From Picochlorum sp. SENEW3 (Eukaryota), in assembly GCA_034226945.1 (NCBI GenBank), contig CP120458.1:1-64000 (forward strand): a stretch of DNA of 64,000 nt, given 5' to 3'. Position numbers and translations under genes: made by a program. Below the pieces are notes generated by a model. That model was not told where the DNA came from, did no database searches, and saw only the letters and a list, made by a program, of their open reading frames with translations. This document shows positions 1 through 14,567 of this stretch, in pieces. How positions within the stretch are numbered: position 1 is the first letter of the stretch; every line of letters begins with the position of its first letter.

Positions 1-3000
1 TTCGAGACATGTACGATACCTATGGAGGGGATGGATGGGGTCTATCACGCGATGGCGAGGCTGCAGCTCTGCACAAAGTGTTCAATTCGCACATGTCCCG
101 GGGTGGAGTGGCATCCAGGCGTTGTGAGGTCCTTCTCGACATCCTCGCCGCATTTCGAGACATGTACGATACCTATGGAGGGATGGATGGGGTCTATCAC
201 GCGATGGCGAGCCTGCAGCTCTGCACAAAGTGTTCAATTCGCACATGTCCCGAGGTGGAGTGGCATCCAGGCGTTGTGAGGTCCTTCTCGGCATCCTCGC
301 CGCATTTCGAGACATGTACGATACCTATGGAGGGATGGATGGGGTCTATCACGCGATGGCGAGGCTGCACCTCTGCACAAAGTGTTCAATTCGCACATGT
401 CCCGAGGTGGAGTGGCATCCAGGCGTTGTGAGGTCCTTCTCGACGTCCTCGCCGCATTTCGAGACATGTACGATACCTATGGAGGGATGGATGGGGTCTA
501 TCACGCGATGGCGAGGCTGCAGCTCTGCACAAAGTGTTCAATTCGCACATGTCCCGAGGTGGGGTGGCATCCAGGCGTTGTGAGGTCCTTCTCGACGTCC
601 TCGCCGCATTTCGAGACATGTACGATACCTATGGAGGGGATGGATGGGGTCTATCACGCGATGGCGAGGCTGCAGCTCTGCACAAAGTGTTCAATTCGCA
701 CATGTCCCGAGGTGGAGTGGCATCCAGGCGTTGTGAGGTCCTTCTCGACGTCCTCGCCGCATTTCGAGACATGTACGATACCTATGGAGGGATGGATGGG
801 GTCTATCACGCGATGGCGAGGCTGCAGCTCTGCACAAAGTGTTCAATTCGCACATGTCCCGAGGTGGAGTGGCATCCAGGCGTTGTGAGGTCCTTCTCGA
901 CATCCTCGCCGCATTTCGAGACATGTACGATACCTATGGAGGGGATGGATGGGGTCTATCACGCGATGGCGAGGCTGCACCTCTGCACAAAGTGTTCAAT
1001 TCGCACATGTCCCGAGGTGGAGTGGCATCCAGGCGTTGTGAGGTCCTTCTCGACGTCCTCGCCGCATTTCGAGACATGTACGATACCTATGGAGGGGATG
1101 GATGGGGTCTATCACGCGATGGCGAGGCTGCACCTCTGCACAAAGTGTTCAATTCGCACATGTCCCGAGGTGGAGTGGCATCCAGGCGTTGTGAGGTCCT
1201 TCTCGACGTCCTCGCCGCATTTCGAGACATGTACGATACCTATGGAGGGGATGGATGGGGTCTATCACGCGATGGCGAGGCTGCACCTCTGCACAAAGTG
1301 TTCAATTCGCACATGTCCCGAGGTGGGGTGGCATCCAGGCGTTGTGAGGTCCTTCTCGACGTCCTCGCCGCATTTCGAGACATGTACGATACCTATGGAG
1401 GGGATGGATGGGGTCTATCACGCGATGGCGAGGCTGCAGCTCTGCACAAAGTGTTCAATTCGCACATGTCCCGAGGTGGAGTGGCATCCAGGCGTTGTGA
1501 GGTCCTTCTCGACGTCCTCGCCGCATTTCGAGACATGTACGATACCTATGGAGGGGATGGATGGGGTCTATCACGCGATGGCGAGGCTGCAGCTCTGCAC
1601 AAAGTGTTCAATTCGCACATGTCCCGAGGTGGAGTGGCATCCAGGCGTTGTGAGGTCCTTCTCGACGTCCTCGCCGCATTTCGAGACATGTACGATACCT
1701 ATGGAGGGGATGGATGGGGTCTATCACGCGATGGCGAGGCTGCACCTCTGCACAAAGTGTTCAATTCGCACATGTCCCGAGGTGGAGTGGCATCCAGGCG
1801 TTGTGAGGTCCTTCTCGACGTCCTCGCCGCATTTCGAGACATGTACGATACCTATGGAGGGGATGGATGGGGTCTATCACGCGATGGCGAGGCTGCAGCT
1901 CTGCACAAAGTGTTCAATTCGCACATGTCCCGAGGTGGAGTGGCATCCAGGCGTTGTGAGGTCCTTCTCGACGTCCTCGCCGCATTTCGAGACATGTACG
2001 ATACCTATGGAGGGGATGGATGGGGTCTATCACGCGATGGCGAGGCTGCACCTCTGCACAAAGTGTTCAATTCGCACATGTCCCGAGGTGGAGTGGCATC
2101 CAGGCGTTGTGAGGTCCTTCTCGACGTCCTCGCCGCATTTCGAGACATGTACGATACCTATGGAGGGGATGGATGGGGTCTATCACGCGATGGCGAGGCT
2201 GCACCTCTGCACAAAGTGTTCAATTCGCACATGTCCCGAGGTGGAGTGGCATCCAGGCGTTGTGAGGTCCTTCTCGACGTCCTCGCCGCATTTCGAGACA
2301 TGTACGATACCTATGGAGGGATGGATGGGGTCTATCACGCGATGGCGAGGCTGCACCTCTGCACAAAGTGTTCAATTCGCACATGTCCCGAGGTGGAGTG
2401 GCATCCAGGCGTTGTGAGGTCCTTCTCGACGTCCTCGCCGCATTTCGAGACATGTACGATACCTATGGAGGGGATGGATGGGGTCTATCACGCGATGGCG
2501 AGGCTGCACCTCTGCACAAAGTGTTCAATTCGCACATGTCCCGAGGTGGAGTGGCATCCAGGCGTTGTGAGGTCCTTCTCGACGTCCTCGCCGCATTTCG
2601 AGACATGTACGATACCTATGGAGGGGATGGATGGGGTCTATCACGCGATGGCGAGGCTGCACCTCTGCACAAAGTGTTCAATTCGCACATGTCCCGAGGT
2701 GGAGTGGCATCCAGGCGTTGTGAGGTCCTTCTCGACGTCCTCGCCGCATTTCGAGACATGTACGATACCTATGGAGGGGATGGATGGGGTCTATCACGCG
2801 ATGGCGAGGCTGCACCTCTGCACAAAGTGTTCAATTCGCACATGTCCCGAGGTGGAGTGGCATCCAGGCGTTGTGAGGTCCTTCTCGACGTCCTCGCCGC
2901 ATTTCGAGACATGTACGATACCTATGGAGGGGATGGATGGGGTCTATCACGCGATGGCGAGGCTGCACCTCTGCACAAAGTGTTCAATTCGCACATGTCC

Positions 3001-6000
3001 CGAGGTGGAGTGGCATCCAGGCGTTGTGAGGTCCTTCTCGACGTCCTCGCCGCATTTCGAGACATGTACGATACCTATGGAGGGGATGGATGGGGTCTAT
3101 CACGCGATGGCGAGGCTGCAGCTCTGCACAAAGTGTTCAATTCGCACATGTCCCGAGGTGGAGTGGCATCCAGGCGTTGTGAGGTCCTTCTCGACGTCCT
3201 CGCCGCATTTCGAGACATGTACGATACCTATGGAGGGGATGGATGGGGTCTATCACGCGATGGCGAGGCTGCACCTCTGCACAAAGTGTTCAATTCGCAC
3301 ATGTCCCGAGGTGGGAGTGGCATCCAGGCGTTGTGAGGTCCTTCTCGACGTCCTCGCCGCATTTCGAGACATGTACGATACCTATGGAGGGGATGGATGG
3401 GGTCTATCACGCGATGGCGAGGCTGCACCTCTGCACAAAGTGTTCAATTCGCACATGTCCCGAGGTGGAGTGGCATCCAGGCGTTGTGAGGTCCTTCTCG
3501 ACGTCCTCGCCGCATTTCGAGACATGTACGATACCTATGGAGGGGATGGATGGGGTCTATCACGCGATGGCGAGGCTGCACCTCTGCACAAAGTGTTCAA
3601 TTCGCACATGTCCCGAGGTGGAGTGGCATCCAGGCGTTGTGAGGTCCTTCTCGACGTCCTCGCCGCATTTCGAGACATGTACGATACCTATGGAGGGGAT
3701 GGATGGGGTCTATCACGCGATGGCGAGGCTGCAGCTCTGCACAAAGTGTTCAATTCGCCACATGTCCCGAGGTGGAGTGGCATCCAGGCGTTGTGAGGTC
3801 CTTCTCGACGTCCTCGCCGCATTTCGAGACATGTACGATACCTATGGAGGGGATGGATGGGGTCTATCACGCGATGGCGAGGCTGCACCTCTGCACAAAG
3901 TGTTCAATTCGCACATGTCCCGAGGTGGGGTGGCATCCAGGCGTTGTGAGGTCCTTCTCGACGTCCTCGCCGCATTTCGAGACATGTACGATACCTATGG
4001 AGGGGATGGATGGGGTCTATCACGCGATGGCGAGGCTGCACCTCTGCACAAAGTGTTCAATTCGCACATGTCCCGAGGTGGAGTGGCATCCAGGCGTTGT
4101 GAGGTCCTTCTCGACGTCCTCGCCGCATTTCGAGACATGTACGATACCTATGGAGGGGATGGATGGGGTCTATCACGCGATGGCGAGGCTGCAGCTCTGC
4201 ACAAAGTGTTCAATTCGCACATGTCCCGAGGTGGAGTGGCATCCAGGCGTTGTGAGGTCCTTCTCGACGTCCTCGCCGCATTTCGAGACATGTACGATAC
4301 CTATGGAGGGGATGGATGGGGTCTATCACGCGATGGCGAGGCTGCACCTCTGCACAAAGTGTTCAATTCGCACATGTCCCGAGGTGGAGTGGCATCCAGG
4401 CGTTGTGAGGTCCTTCTCGACGTCCTCGCCGCATTTCGAGACATGTACGATACCTATGGAGGGGATGGATGGGGTCTATCACGCGATGGCGAGGCTGCAG
4501 CTCTGCACAAAGTGTTCAATTCGCACATGTCCCGAGGTGGAGTGGCATCCAGGCGTTGTGAGGTCCTTCTCGACGTCCTCGCCGCATTTCGAGACATGTA
4601 CGATACCTATGGAGGGGATGGATGGGGTCTATCACGCGATGGCGAGGCTGCACCTCTGCACAAAGTGTTCAATTCGCACATGTCCCGAGGTGGAGTGGCA
4701 TCCAGGCGTTGTGAGGTCCTTCTCGACGTCCTCGCCGCATTTCGAGACATGTACGATACCTATGGAGGGGATGGATGGGGTCTATCACGCGATGGCGAGG
4801 CTGCACCTCTGCACAAAGTGTTCAATTCGCACATGTCCCGAGGTGGAGTGGCATCCAGGCGTTGTGAGGTCCTTCTCGACGTCCTCGCCGCATTTCGAGA
4901 CATGTACGATACCTATGGAGGGGATGGATGGGGTCTATCACGCGATGGCGAGGCTGCACCTCTGCACAAAGTGTTCAATTCGCACATGTCCCGAGGTGGA
5001 GTGGCATCCAGGCGTTGTGAGGTCCTTCTCGACGTCCTCGCCGCATTTCGAGACATGTACGATACCTATGGAGGGGATGGATGGGGTCTATCACGCGATG
5101 GCGAGGCTGCAGCTCTGCACAAAGTGTTCAATTCGCACATGTCCCGAGGTGGAGTGGCATCCAGGCGTTGTGAGGTCCTTCTCGACGTCCTCGCCGCATT
5201 TCGAGACATGTACGATACCTATGGAGGGGATGGATGGGGTCTATCACGCGATGGCGAGGCTGCAGCTCTGCACAAAGTGTTCAATTCGCACATGTCCCGA
5301 GGTGGAGTGGCATCCAGGCGTTGTGAGGTCCTTCTCGACGTCCTCGCCGCATTTCGAGACATGTACGATACCTATGGAGGGGATGGATGGGGTCTATCAC
5401 GCGATGGCGAGGCTGCACCTCTGCACAAAGTGTTCAATTCGCACATGTCCCGAGGTGGAGTGGCATCCAGGCGTTGTGAGGTCCTTCTCGACGTCCTCGC
5501 CGCATTTCGAGACATGTACGATACCTATGGAGGGGATGGATGGGGTCTATCACGCGATGGCGAGGCTGCAGCTCTGCACAAAGTGTTCAATTCGCACATG
5601 TCCCGAGGTGGAGTGGCATCCAGGCGTTGTGAGGTCCTTCTCGACGTCCTCGCCGCATTTCGAGACATGTACGATACCTATGGAGGGGATGGATGGGGTC
5701 TATCACGCGATGGCGAGGCTGCACCTCTGCACAAAGTGTTCAATTCGCACATGTCCCGAGGTGGAGTGGCATCCAGGCGTTGTGAGGTCCTTCTCGACGT
5801 CCTCGCCGCATTTCGAGACATGTACGATACCTATGGAGGGGATGGATGGGGTCTATCACGCGATGGCGAGGCTGCAGCTCTGCACAAAGTGTTCAATTCG
5901 CACATGTCCCGAGGTGGAGTGGCATCCAGGCGTTGTGAGGTCCTTCTCGACGTCCTCGCCGCATTTCGAGACATGTACGATACCTATGGAGGGGATGGAT

Positions 6001-7501
6001 GGGGTCTATCACGCGATGGCGAGGCTGCACCTCTGCACAAAGTGTTCAATTCGCACATGTCCCGAGGTGGAGTGGCATCCAGGCGTTGTGAGGTCCTTCT
6101 CGACGTCCTCGCCGCATTTCGAGACATGTACGATACCTATGGAGGGGATGGATGGGGTCTATCACGCGATGGCGAGGCTGCAGCTCTGCACAAAGTGTTC
6201 AATTCGCACATGTCCCGAGGTGGAGTGGCATCCAGGCGTTGTGAGGTCCTTCTCGACGTCCTCGCCGCATTTCGAGACATGTACGATACCTATGGAGGGG
6301 ATGGATGGGGTCTATCACGCGATGGCGAGGCTGCACCTCTGCACAAAGTGTTCAATTCGCACATGTCCCGAGGTGGAGTGGCATCCAGGCGTTGTGAGGT
6401 CCTTCTCGACGTCCTCGCCGCATTTCGAGACATGTACGATACCTATGGAGGGGATGGATGGGGTCTATCACGCGATGGCGAGGCTGCACCTCTGCACAAA
6501 GTGTTCAATTCGCACATGTCCCGAGGTGGAGTGGCATCCAGGCGTTGTGAGGTCCTTCTCGACGTCCTCGCCGCATTTCGAGACATGTACGATACCTATG
6601 GAGGGGATGGATGGGGTCTATCACGCGATGGCGAGGCTGCACCTCTGCACAAAGTGTTCAATTCGCACATGTCCCGAGGTGGAGTGGCATCCAGGCGTTG
6701 TGAGGTCCTTCTCGACGTCCTCGCCGCATTTCGAGACATGTACGATACCTATGGAGGGGATGGATGGGGTCTATCACGCGATGGCGAGGCTGCACCTCTG
6801 CACAAAGTGTTCAATTCGCACATGTCCCGAGGTGGAGTGGCATCCAGGCGTTGTGAGGTCCTTCTCGACGTCCTCGCCGCATTTCGAGACATGTACGATA
6901 CCTATGGAGGGGATGGATGGGGTCTATCACGCGATGGCGAGGCTGCACCTCTGCACAAAGTGTTCAATTCGCACATGTCCCGAGGTGGAGTGGCATCCAG
7001 GCGTTGTGAGGTCCTTCTCGACGTCCTCGCCGCATTTCGAGACATGTACGATACCTATGGAGGGGATGGATGGGGTCTATCACGCGATGGCGAGGCTGCA
7101 CCTCTGCACAAAGTGTTCAATTCGCACATGTCCCGAGGTGGAGTGGCATCCAGGCGTTGTGAGGTCCTTCTCGACGTCCTCGCCGCATTTCGAGACATGT
7201 ACGATACCTATGGAGGGGATGGATGGGGTCTATCACGCGATGGCGAGGCTGCACCTCTGCACAAAGTGTTCAATTCGCACATGTCCCGAGGTGGAGTGGC
7301 ATCCAGGCGTTGTGAGGTCCTTCTCGACGTCCTCGCCGCATTTCGAGACATGTACGATACCTATGGAGGGGATGGATGGGGTCTATCACGCGATGGCGAG
7401 GCTGCACCTCTGCACAAAGTGTTCAATTCGCACATGTCCCGAGGTGGAGTGGCATCCAGGCGTTGTGAGGTCCTTCTCGACGTCCTCGCCGCATTTCGAG
7501 A
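1..7501. repeat. 153-bp tandem satellite (satellite A), ~49 copies, open at the left window edge
   Basis: The monomer ttcgagacatgtacgatacctatggagggg...cgtcctcgccgcat recurs every 152-154 bp. Variants are few (ctgcaCctc/ctgcaGctc, ggAgtgg/ggGgtgg, 1-nt indels). The array stops abruptly at ...gcatttcgaga|tcagtac. Confidence 0.99.
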
Positions 7502-8661
7502 TCAGTACTTCGTTCAGTTACGTATTGCTCCCTATACCCTATACCCTGTGCATACCGTCGTTCCTTGGCAGTGAGGGTAATGAGGGTATATAGCAACATA
7601 TTGCACCCACTTCCCACCACACAAACAAAAATAAACACGATTTCTAAATTAAATAATATACAAACTACCCAAAAATAAGAAAATATCAAAAAAATCAAAA
7701 ATAAAGCCAAGAAAAAACACCACCAACAAGACCAAAATACCCTAACCAAAAAAACACACCAACTAAAAAAACATCCAAAAACACCACCAAAAGAACGAGA
7801 ATATACAATACAATATCAAGAAGAAGAATAAGTAGTATAATAACCACCTACCCTACCCTATACAACGACAACGACAACAACAAAAGACACGGCACACCAC
7901 AAGCTCTGCTACTACTACTGCTCCTCCTACTCCTAGTACTACAACAACAACAAGAGAAGACAATAACAACAACAGCAACCAACACAAAAGAAGCAAAGCA
8001 AACCAAAATGGAAAGATAAAAATCCCCGCTAATAATCATAATGACACAACAACAATCTATACTATACTATGCTATGCATGAATGAAAAGAATCTCTGTCT
8101 TTTTTCACAACAACAACAGCAACAGAAGGACACAATATGAAGTAAGGAAGGAAGGAAGGAAGAAGAGGATTATTACCAATAAAATAATAATAATACACAG
8201 CCAGTACAAAACAAACAGGTCTGCTGCCACATGTCTGAAGAAGAGGGAGCATCTCGGACCAATAAGAAGAATGGCGATCTTCCCATCACCATCCCTGGAC
8301 TTGACTGACTTGACTGGGACCACCACCACAAAAATACCAACCAAACCAATCAAGAAAAGGGTGTTGTATGGTAAAAAAAAAGCACTCATCAAAGCAAGCG
8401 TCGCACACCACCTGAAACAACTCCTTGGACACCACACACAAGAAGCTCTGCTACTGCTACTACCACTATAACACGAGAGAACACACAAACAAAGAAGCTA
8501 AGCAAAATCAACACAAAAAAATCTGATAATAGTTAATAGAGAAATAGTAGTAATGATAATAACATGACACAACAATCGACACGAGCAACAATACCAACCA
8601 ATAATAACAAGACAGAACAGAACGAAACACACAAGTCCTATGCACACAAGAAGAACAACCT

Positions 8662-8990
8662 TGTAGCAGAGAGCTACATCCCTGTAGGAGGAGATCTCTC
8701 GTCAACATCTAGGGAGATGAGATCCCTAGGAGAGATCTGGTCATCATGGTCAATTTCATATACTGAGAAGATTTATTCTCATGTAACAACTTCTAATTCA
8801 AACTATCTTGTGAAGGAAGAGAGAACCCTCTGTACATTGGTTGGTATTCTATTCCATCCTCTTCTATCGAACCTCACTGCGTGTGAAGGTTGAACGCTCT
8901 GTGTTGGCAACGACACGAGAGTGTATTGGCAGTACGTTGTGTAACCTGCGAAGGAAGTCCAGGCCACGACTGGCAATGTACGCTGCCACA
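8662..8990 (+). repeat. 5' LTR (329 bp)
   Basis: tgtagcagag...cgctgccaca; no difference from the 3' LTR found by eye. Followed by a PBS-like aTGGTTTCAGCTC (primer tRNA not assigned). Confidence 0.97.
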
Positions 8991-9397
8991 ATGGTTTCAG
9001 CTCACAGATATATCATTCGTGTTCTAAGGAGTACAAAGTATTTGTGCGCAGCCGATATTGAGAGACTTGGAGGTCGTACCCCAAAGTCGTGACAGAATCT
9101 GAGGAGTCGTTTCAAAAGTCAACGACAGGTTCTGGGTGGTCGTTTCGAAGCACCACTGGAAATTAGGTCGACATCTTAGAAAGTATAGCAGTGTCGGTGA
9201 ATATTTAGTACTCATTGGAATAATCCAATATCCATTACCCTCCATCCATTGTACAGTTGGGTGATATTTGAGGCGTCGCTGCGGAATTGCAGGGCGATCA
9301 GTATCGTTTCTCTTCCTTCACAGGTAATTTGATTAGTTGTTCAACAAGTCAACCTTGATAAGCAGTATCTTAATCGTTCTTATATATCTACAGAGGA

Positions 9398-12300
9398 ATG
9401 TCGAGCAATACTGGCAACGAGAACCAGGAGGCTGGTAGTCCACCAGACATAGAAATTCGTTTGCGTGAGAATGATGCGTTTGATTCTGACGGTCTGGATG
9501 GTATGAGCCAAGGGACTACTGAGGGCGAAAGTTTGGTTGACAAAATAGCGAGACTTGAGGCGTCCATTAAGCAATTGACGACGGAGTCAGGAGATGGTCC
9601 TAGGCAACTGCTGGATGAAAACGCCCTTAGTGCTTCGCTGGGATACAAACTGCCCAAGCTGGAGGCTCCTGTCTTTTACGGTAGGAAGCATAATGATCTC
9701 AAAGAGGTTCTCAGGTGGACTTCCGAGGCAAAGATCTATATGAGGGATCGCTTTGCAGACGATGAGGCCAGATGGCTTCGGGAGGTCAAGCTGTTGTTTC
9801 GGGAGAACGCCCGTCTTTGGTATGACTATACTGTTCGACGCCAAGGATTGTTTGAATCGTGGGACAACCTCACCCAAGCCGTGTTTCGTAAATATGCTGG
9901 AGCCAAGACTGCGGATGCTTTGTTTGAGAGATTTGAGTCGCTCAAGATGAAGTCTGCGGATGATTTTGATAATCATGTGGAGTCATTCCATGAGCTCTTG
10001 GACCAGCTGGAGTTGATGGGAGAGAAAAGCACTGAGACACATATATTTAGAGTCTTTGTGAATTCGTTGACGCCAGGATTCAAGGCCAAGGCATTGGAAT
10101 ACAAGCAGGACTATCATGTCAAGGAAATGACGAATCCTGATGCGCCGGTCTGTGGTAGATTGGAAGGATTGATTGCTTACTTGTTTAGTTGGAGTTCTCA
10201 ACTGTCGTCGTCGGAGTCGTCGGAGTCACAGGTAGATCTTCACCATGTGACTGGAGAACAGAAGACGACGCAAGGAAAGACGAGGAGGAGAGCCTCGTCG
10301 CAGAACGACAGGTGCTGGGATTGTGGAGCACCGTGGGAGCCCTATCATTTTTGTCAGAAGAAGGCTGCAAAGTTGGGGCGCTGGTGTCCACATTGCTCCA
10401 CGGATCAACTGAAGTTGGGTCGAAGATGTGGATGTAAGAAGAGATCAGGTGCCAAATCCAAGTCGTTGCAGCATTGTGAGGTGGTGGTCCCACAACAGGA
10501 ACTCTCAACGAAAGCAATTGGAGATGGGTCTGGAACAAGGGAATGTGTGAAACAAGCACTTGAGTCCCCCTTGGATTCCGACAGCAAAGAGATTAAGGGT
10601 GCTGGGGAATCGCACAGTGACGCCGCCTTGACCGAAGCTGGTGGATTAGATTTGGGCTGTGTTTCCAAGGATCGAGATTTGTATCATCTCCAGGAGTCGA
10701 AGAAAGGTGATAAAGGGTTGATATTCTCTTTCGACGGCTACATTAAAGGGTATAGAGTGCGGATTTTAATGGACTCAGGTGCAGAGGAAAACTTCGTGGC
10801 TGAGAGTTTCCTCGATAGTACTAGAGGTTTGAGTGTGAAGGCCGGCCGACCACTAGTACTCAGGCTTCCAGACGGGTCATCTGGAAGGAAGATTGAGCAA
10901 GTCCTAAATTGTTCTCTGAGGATTGTGCAAAATGGAACGGAGGAGTGTGTGACACATGTGGCCCTCCGAGTGGCACCCTTGAACAGCAAGTATGATGTGT
11001 ATTTAGGCCAGCCATGGTTGAAGGCACGAGGAGCCAGTTTGTGCTATCAATCCATGTCTGTATTGTTGAGAAAGCCGACCCAAAGAGTTCTGCATGCCCA
11101 GGAAGATGAAATGCTGCTGACTGCTCCTGATATGGAGAGATGCCAATCTGCCTCGGATGTAGAAGAGACGTATATGATTCACGTGAGCACTCGGCGTGAA
11201 GAGCCACTAGGTCGTGCGACAGATGAAAAGGGTCTTCATGCTCTGGAAATGGGAGCAGAGCAGGAAGACCAGAAGGAGTTTCTACAGGAATTGAAACATT
11301 CGTATGGTGAGATTATGCTGGAGGGGCAATTGCCTCCAGATGCTTCGGAAGGTAGACCGTATGCTGTGGAGCATCACATTGACTTGGTCCCTGGAACAAA
11401 AGCCAAGGTGCAACCGTTGAGGAGGATGTCTCCTACGTTGCTGGGAGAGCTTCGTAAGCAGTTGCAACAGTTCCTGGACAAGAGGATTATTGAACCATCC
11501 ACGTCGCCTTTTGGTTCCAATGTGTTGTTCGTAAAGAAGAAGAATGGTGATCTGCGCATGTGTGTGGATTACAGGATGCTCAATCAGCAGACAGTCAAGG
11601 ACAGTTATCCCTTGCCAAACATTGATGAGTTGTTGGATCAACTGTCTGGAGCCAAGTACTTCACAGCACTGGATCTCAATTCGGGGTATCACCAGATTCC
11701 TGTAGCAAGGAAAGACAGACACAAAACAGCTTTCAGAACGAGGTATGGCTCATATCAGTTTCGAGTGATGCCATTTGGGTTGACCAATGCTCCGGCAACG
11801 TTTCAAGCCTGGATGAATGAGATGCTCCAGCCCCACATGGATGCCTTTGTGGTGGTGTTTCTGGATGATATTCTCATCTTTAGCAAGACCAAGGAGGAGC
11901 ATAAGGAGCATCTTCGGACTGTTTTGAAGTGTTTCAAAGAAAACAAAGTATATTTGAATATGAAGAAGTGCGAGTTCTTTCGACAGAGCACCAAGTTTTT
12001 AGGATTTGTGGTGACTCGTGAGGGCATCAAGCCTGACCAGAGACTCGTGCAGAAGATAGCTACGTTTCCAAGACCTGCCAACAAGAGGCAGATTAGATCC
12101 TTTTTTGGGAGCTGTGGGATTTTACAGAAGGTTCATTAAAGATTTTGCCAAGATTGCCCTGCCTTTGACAGCATTGACAAAGCAGGAGGTGCCTTTTGTA
12201 TGGACCCAGGAGGCTCAGCAAGCGTACGAAATTCTCAGGAACGCTTTGACGACGTATCCAGTCTTGAGATTGGTGGATATGTCCAAGCCATTTCATGTGT

Positions 12301-14129
12301 TCACAGATGCTTCGGAGTATGCCGTGGGAGGAGTTCTCACACAGCTGGTGGATGGCATGTATCATCCTCTTGGATATTATTCGAAGAAGCTGGAAGGAGC
12401 CGAGCTCAGATATTCTGTGTATGACAAGGAATTTCTTGCTATGAAACTCACAGTGTGGCGTTTCAGGTGTTACTTGCTGGGGCAGCCAAAGAATGTGGTT
12501 TTTACTGATCACAGGCCCTTGACTCATTTGCCCACTCAAAAGGATCTGAATGGTGTGCAAATTAGATGGCTGAACAAGCTGGCTGATTTTAATCTAGATA
12601 TTCAGTACATTGAGGGAAAGAAGAATTGTATTGCTGATTTGCTCAGCAGACCTCCAGAAGTGGTATTGAACTCTGTGGCCGTGGGCTTGCAGCTGGATAA
12701 AGCTCTGCTAAACAGATTGAGGCAGTTGTACAGGACAGACAAGTTTATTGGGTCGATTCGAAAGTGCTGGAAGCAACAAGTTCCAGTACCCTCCATTCTG
12801 AATCACATCAACATGGATGCTGTGACTGAGCACAATGGATTGCTGTATTATGGCCCATCACCTCAGCACCCAAAACGGTTGATCATTCCAGACAATGCTT
12901 CGTTCAAGACTGAGTTGTTGATGCTGCACCATGACAGCATGTTCAGTGGTCATCCTGGAAGGGACAAGATGTGCAAGGATCTGGCCAGGTACTACTTTTG
13001 GCCTCGAATGCAAGATGATGTGGCCAAGTATGTCAAGGAGTGTCCTGTCTGCCAGAGCGTCAAGAGCCTGAATCAACCTGCTGCTGGATTGTTACAGCCA
13101 TTGCCTGTTCCTGCCAAGCCTTGGGACCAGGTTACAATTGATTTCATCACAGATTTGCCATTGACTGCCAGAAAGAATTCTCAGATTGTGGTGATGGTGG
13201 ACAAGTTCACCAAATGTCTCACCGTTGCACCAGCACCTGCGTCGTTGGATGCCAAAGGTACTGCTTCCATCTTTTTGCAGTATGTGTATCGTTTGCATGG
13301 CATGCCGTCGAGCATTGTGTCAGACAGGGATCCAAAGTTTACGAGTCAGTTCTGGATCGAGCTCATGAGCCAGCTGGGTTGCCAGAAGTTGCAATCCACT
13401 GCCTATCATCCACAGACGGATGGGCAGACTGAAAGAGTGAATCGAGTGCTGGAAGATATGATTCGGTGCTACTGTGATGAGTACACGAATACGTGGGATG
13501 AGTTGTTATGGCCTCTGGAGTTTGCTTACAATGATTCGTATCAGCAATCGACCAAGTTCACTCCATTTTATTTGAATTATGGTCGTCATCCCAGAAAGCC
13601 CCATACCATTGCTTTAGGTCTGGAAGACACTGAGAAGACTACAGCGAGCTCTGAATATTTGGATGTGTTATTTCGTTGTCATCAGGCTGCAACCCACAAC
13701 ATGAGGGTGGCACAACAGAGACAAGCTCAGTATGCCAACAAATCCAGAAGAGTGGCTGTCTACAAGGAAGGAGAACGAGTTCTGCTGTCCACTCACAAAT
13801 TGAAATGGGAAGGAAAGCAATTCAAAAAGTTACAACCTCGATGGATTGGACCATTCACGGTTGTGAGGGTGATTCCCAACAATGCTGTTGAATTGAATTC
13901 CAAGCAACAAGGCTATGCTTTCCACCCAGTTGTCAATGTGGATAGACTGAAACATTATCATTCCAGAATGAATATTGATGCCATGAATCATCAATTGGAA
14001 AGAGAATGGGATGATTCTACAGCAGAAAATGTGGAGGATTTTCCTCAAAAGGACAAGATTCATACTTCCGACGACACCACTATGAATTCAGATGATGATG
14101 ATTTGATCATTCCTTTGGATGATGAATAG
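9398..14129 (+). CDS. Gag-Pol polyprotein, split by a 1-nt insertion near 12101-12106
   Basis: Gag Zn-knuckle CWDC..W...HFC; protease LMDSGA; RT MPFGL..AP and FLDD; RNase H TDAS; integrase GHPG...CPVC, DFI, SDRD, PQTDGQTER and GPF. ORFs 9398-12139 and 12105-14129 join if T6 is read as T5, as in the copy near 52510. Confidence 0.95.
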
Positions 14130-14225
14130 CCTGCTCTTAGCAGGGAGGAGACAAGGTATTTTATCTTGTATTGTTTCATCATGGAGGAATACTCTGTTCC
14201 AAATGAGGACATTTGGTTTGTTTTT

Positions 14226-14237
14226 AGCAGGGAGGAA
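14226..14237 (+). other. Polypurine tract
   Basis: AGCAGGGAGGAA directly upstream of the 3' LTR; the same tract precedes the LTR at 54647. Confidence 0.85.
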
Positions 14238-14238
14238 T

Positions 14239-14567
14239 TGTAGCAGAGAGCTACATCCCTGTAGGAGGAGATCTCTCGTCAACATCTAGGGAGATGAGAT
14301 CCCTAGGAGAGATCTGGTCATCATGGTCAATTTCATATACTGAGAAGATTTATTCTCATGTAACAACTTCTAATTCAAACTATCTTGTGAAGGAAGAGAG
14401 AACCCTCTGTACATTGGTTGGTATTCTATTCCATCCTCTTCTATCGAACCTCACTGCGTGTGAAGGTTGAACGCTCTGTGTTGGCAACGACACGAGAGTG
14501 TATTGGCAGTACGTTGTGTAACCTGCGAAGGAAGTCCAGGCCACGACTGGCAATGTACGCTGCCACA
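14239..14567 (+). repeat. 3' LTR (329 bp)
   Basis: Direct repeat of 8662-8990. Confidence 0.97.

Larger units (their letters stand above)
8662..14567 (+). mobile_element. Full-length Ty3/gypsy LTR retrotransposon
   Basis: TG...CA LTRs of 329 bp; 5-bp TSD AACCT (8657-8661 and 14568-14572); gag-PR-RT-RH-INT order. The empty site aacctggag is visible in paralogs near 16748 and 40355. Confidence 0.98.

Noticed and set aside
1..7593. Very long ORFs (up to 1443 aa) in satellite A
   Set aside because: They arise because the 153-bp unit is a multiple of 3 and stop-free in two frames; indels swap frames freely and no domain is recognisable.
7600..8660. ORFs in the A/C-rich arm (also 39300-40708)
   Set aside because: Low-complexity, strand-biased sequence; reading frames are not conserved between the paralogs.
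12095..12139. Programmed frameshift in gypsy pol
   Set aside because: It falls between RT and RNase H, and the second copy is continuous with one fewer T.
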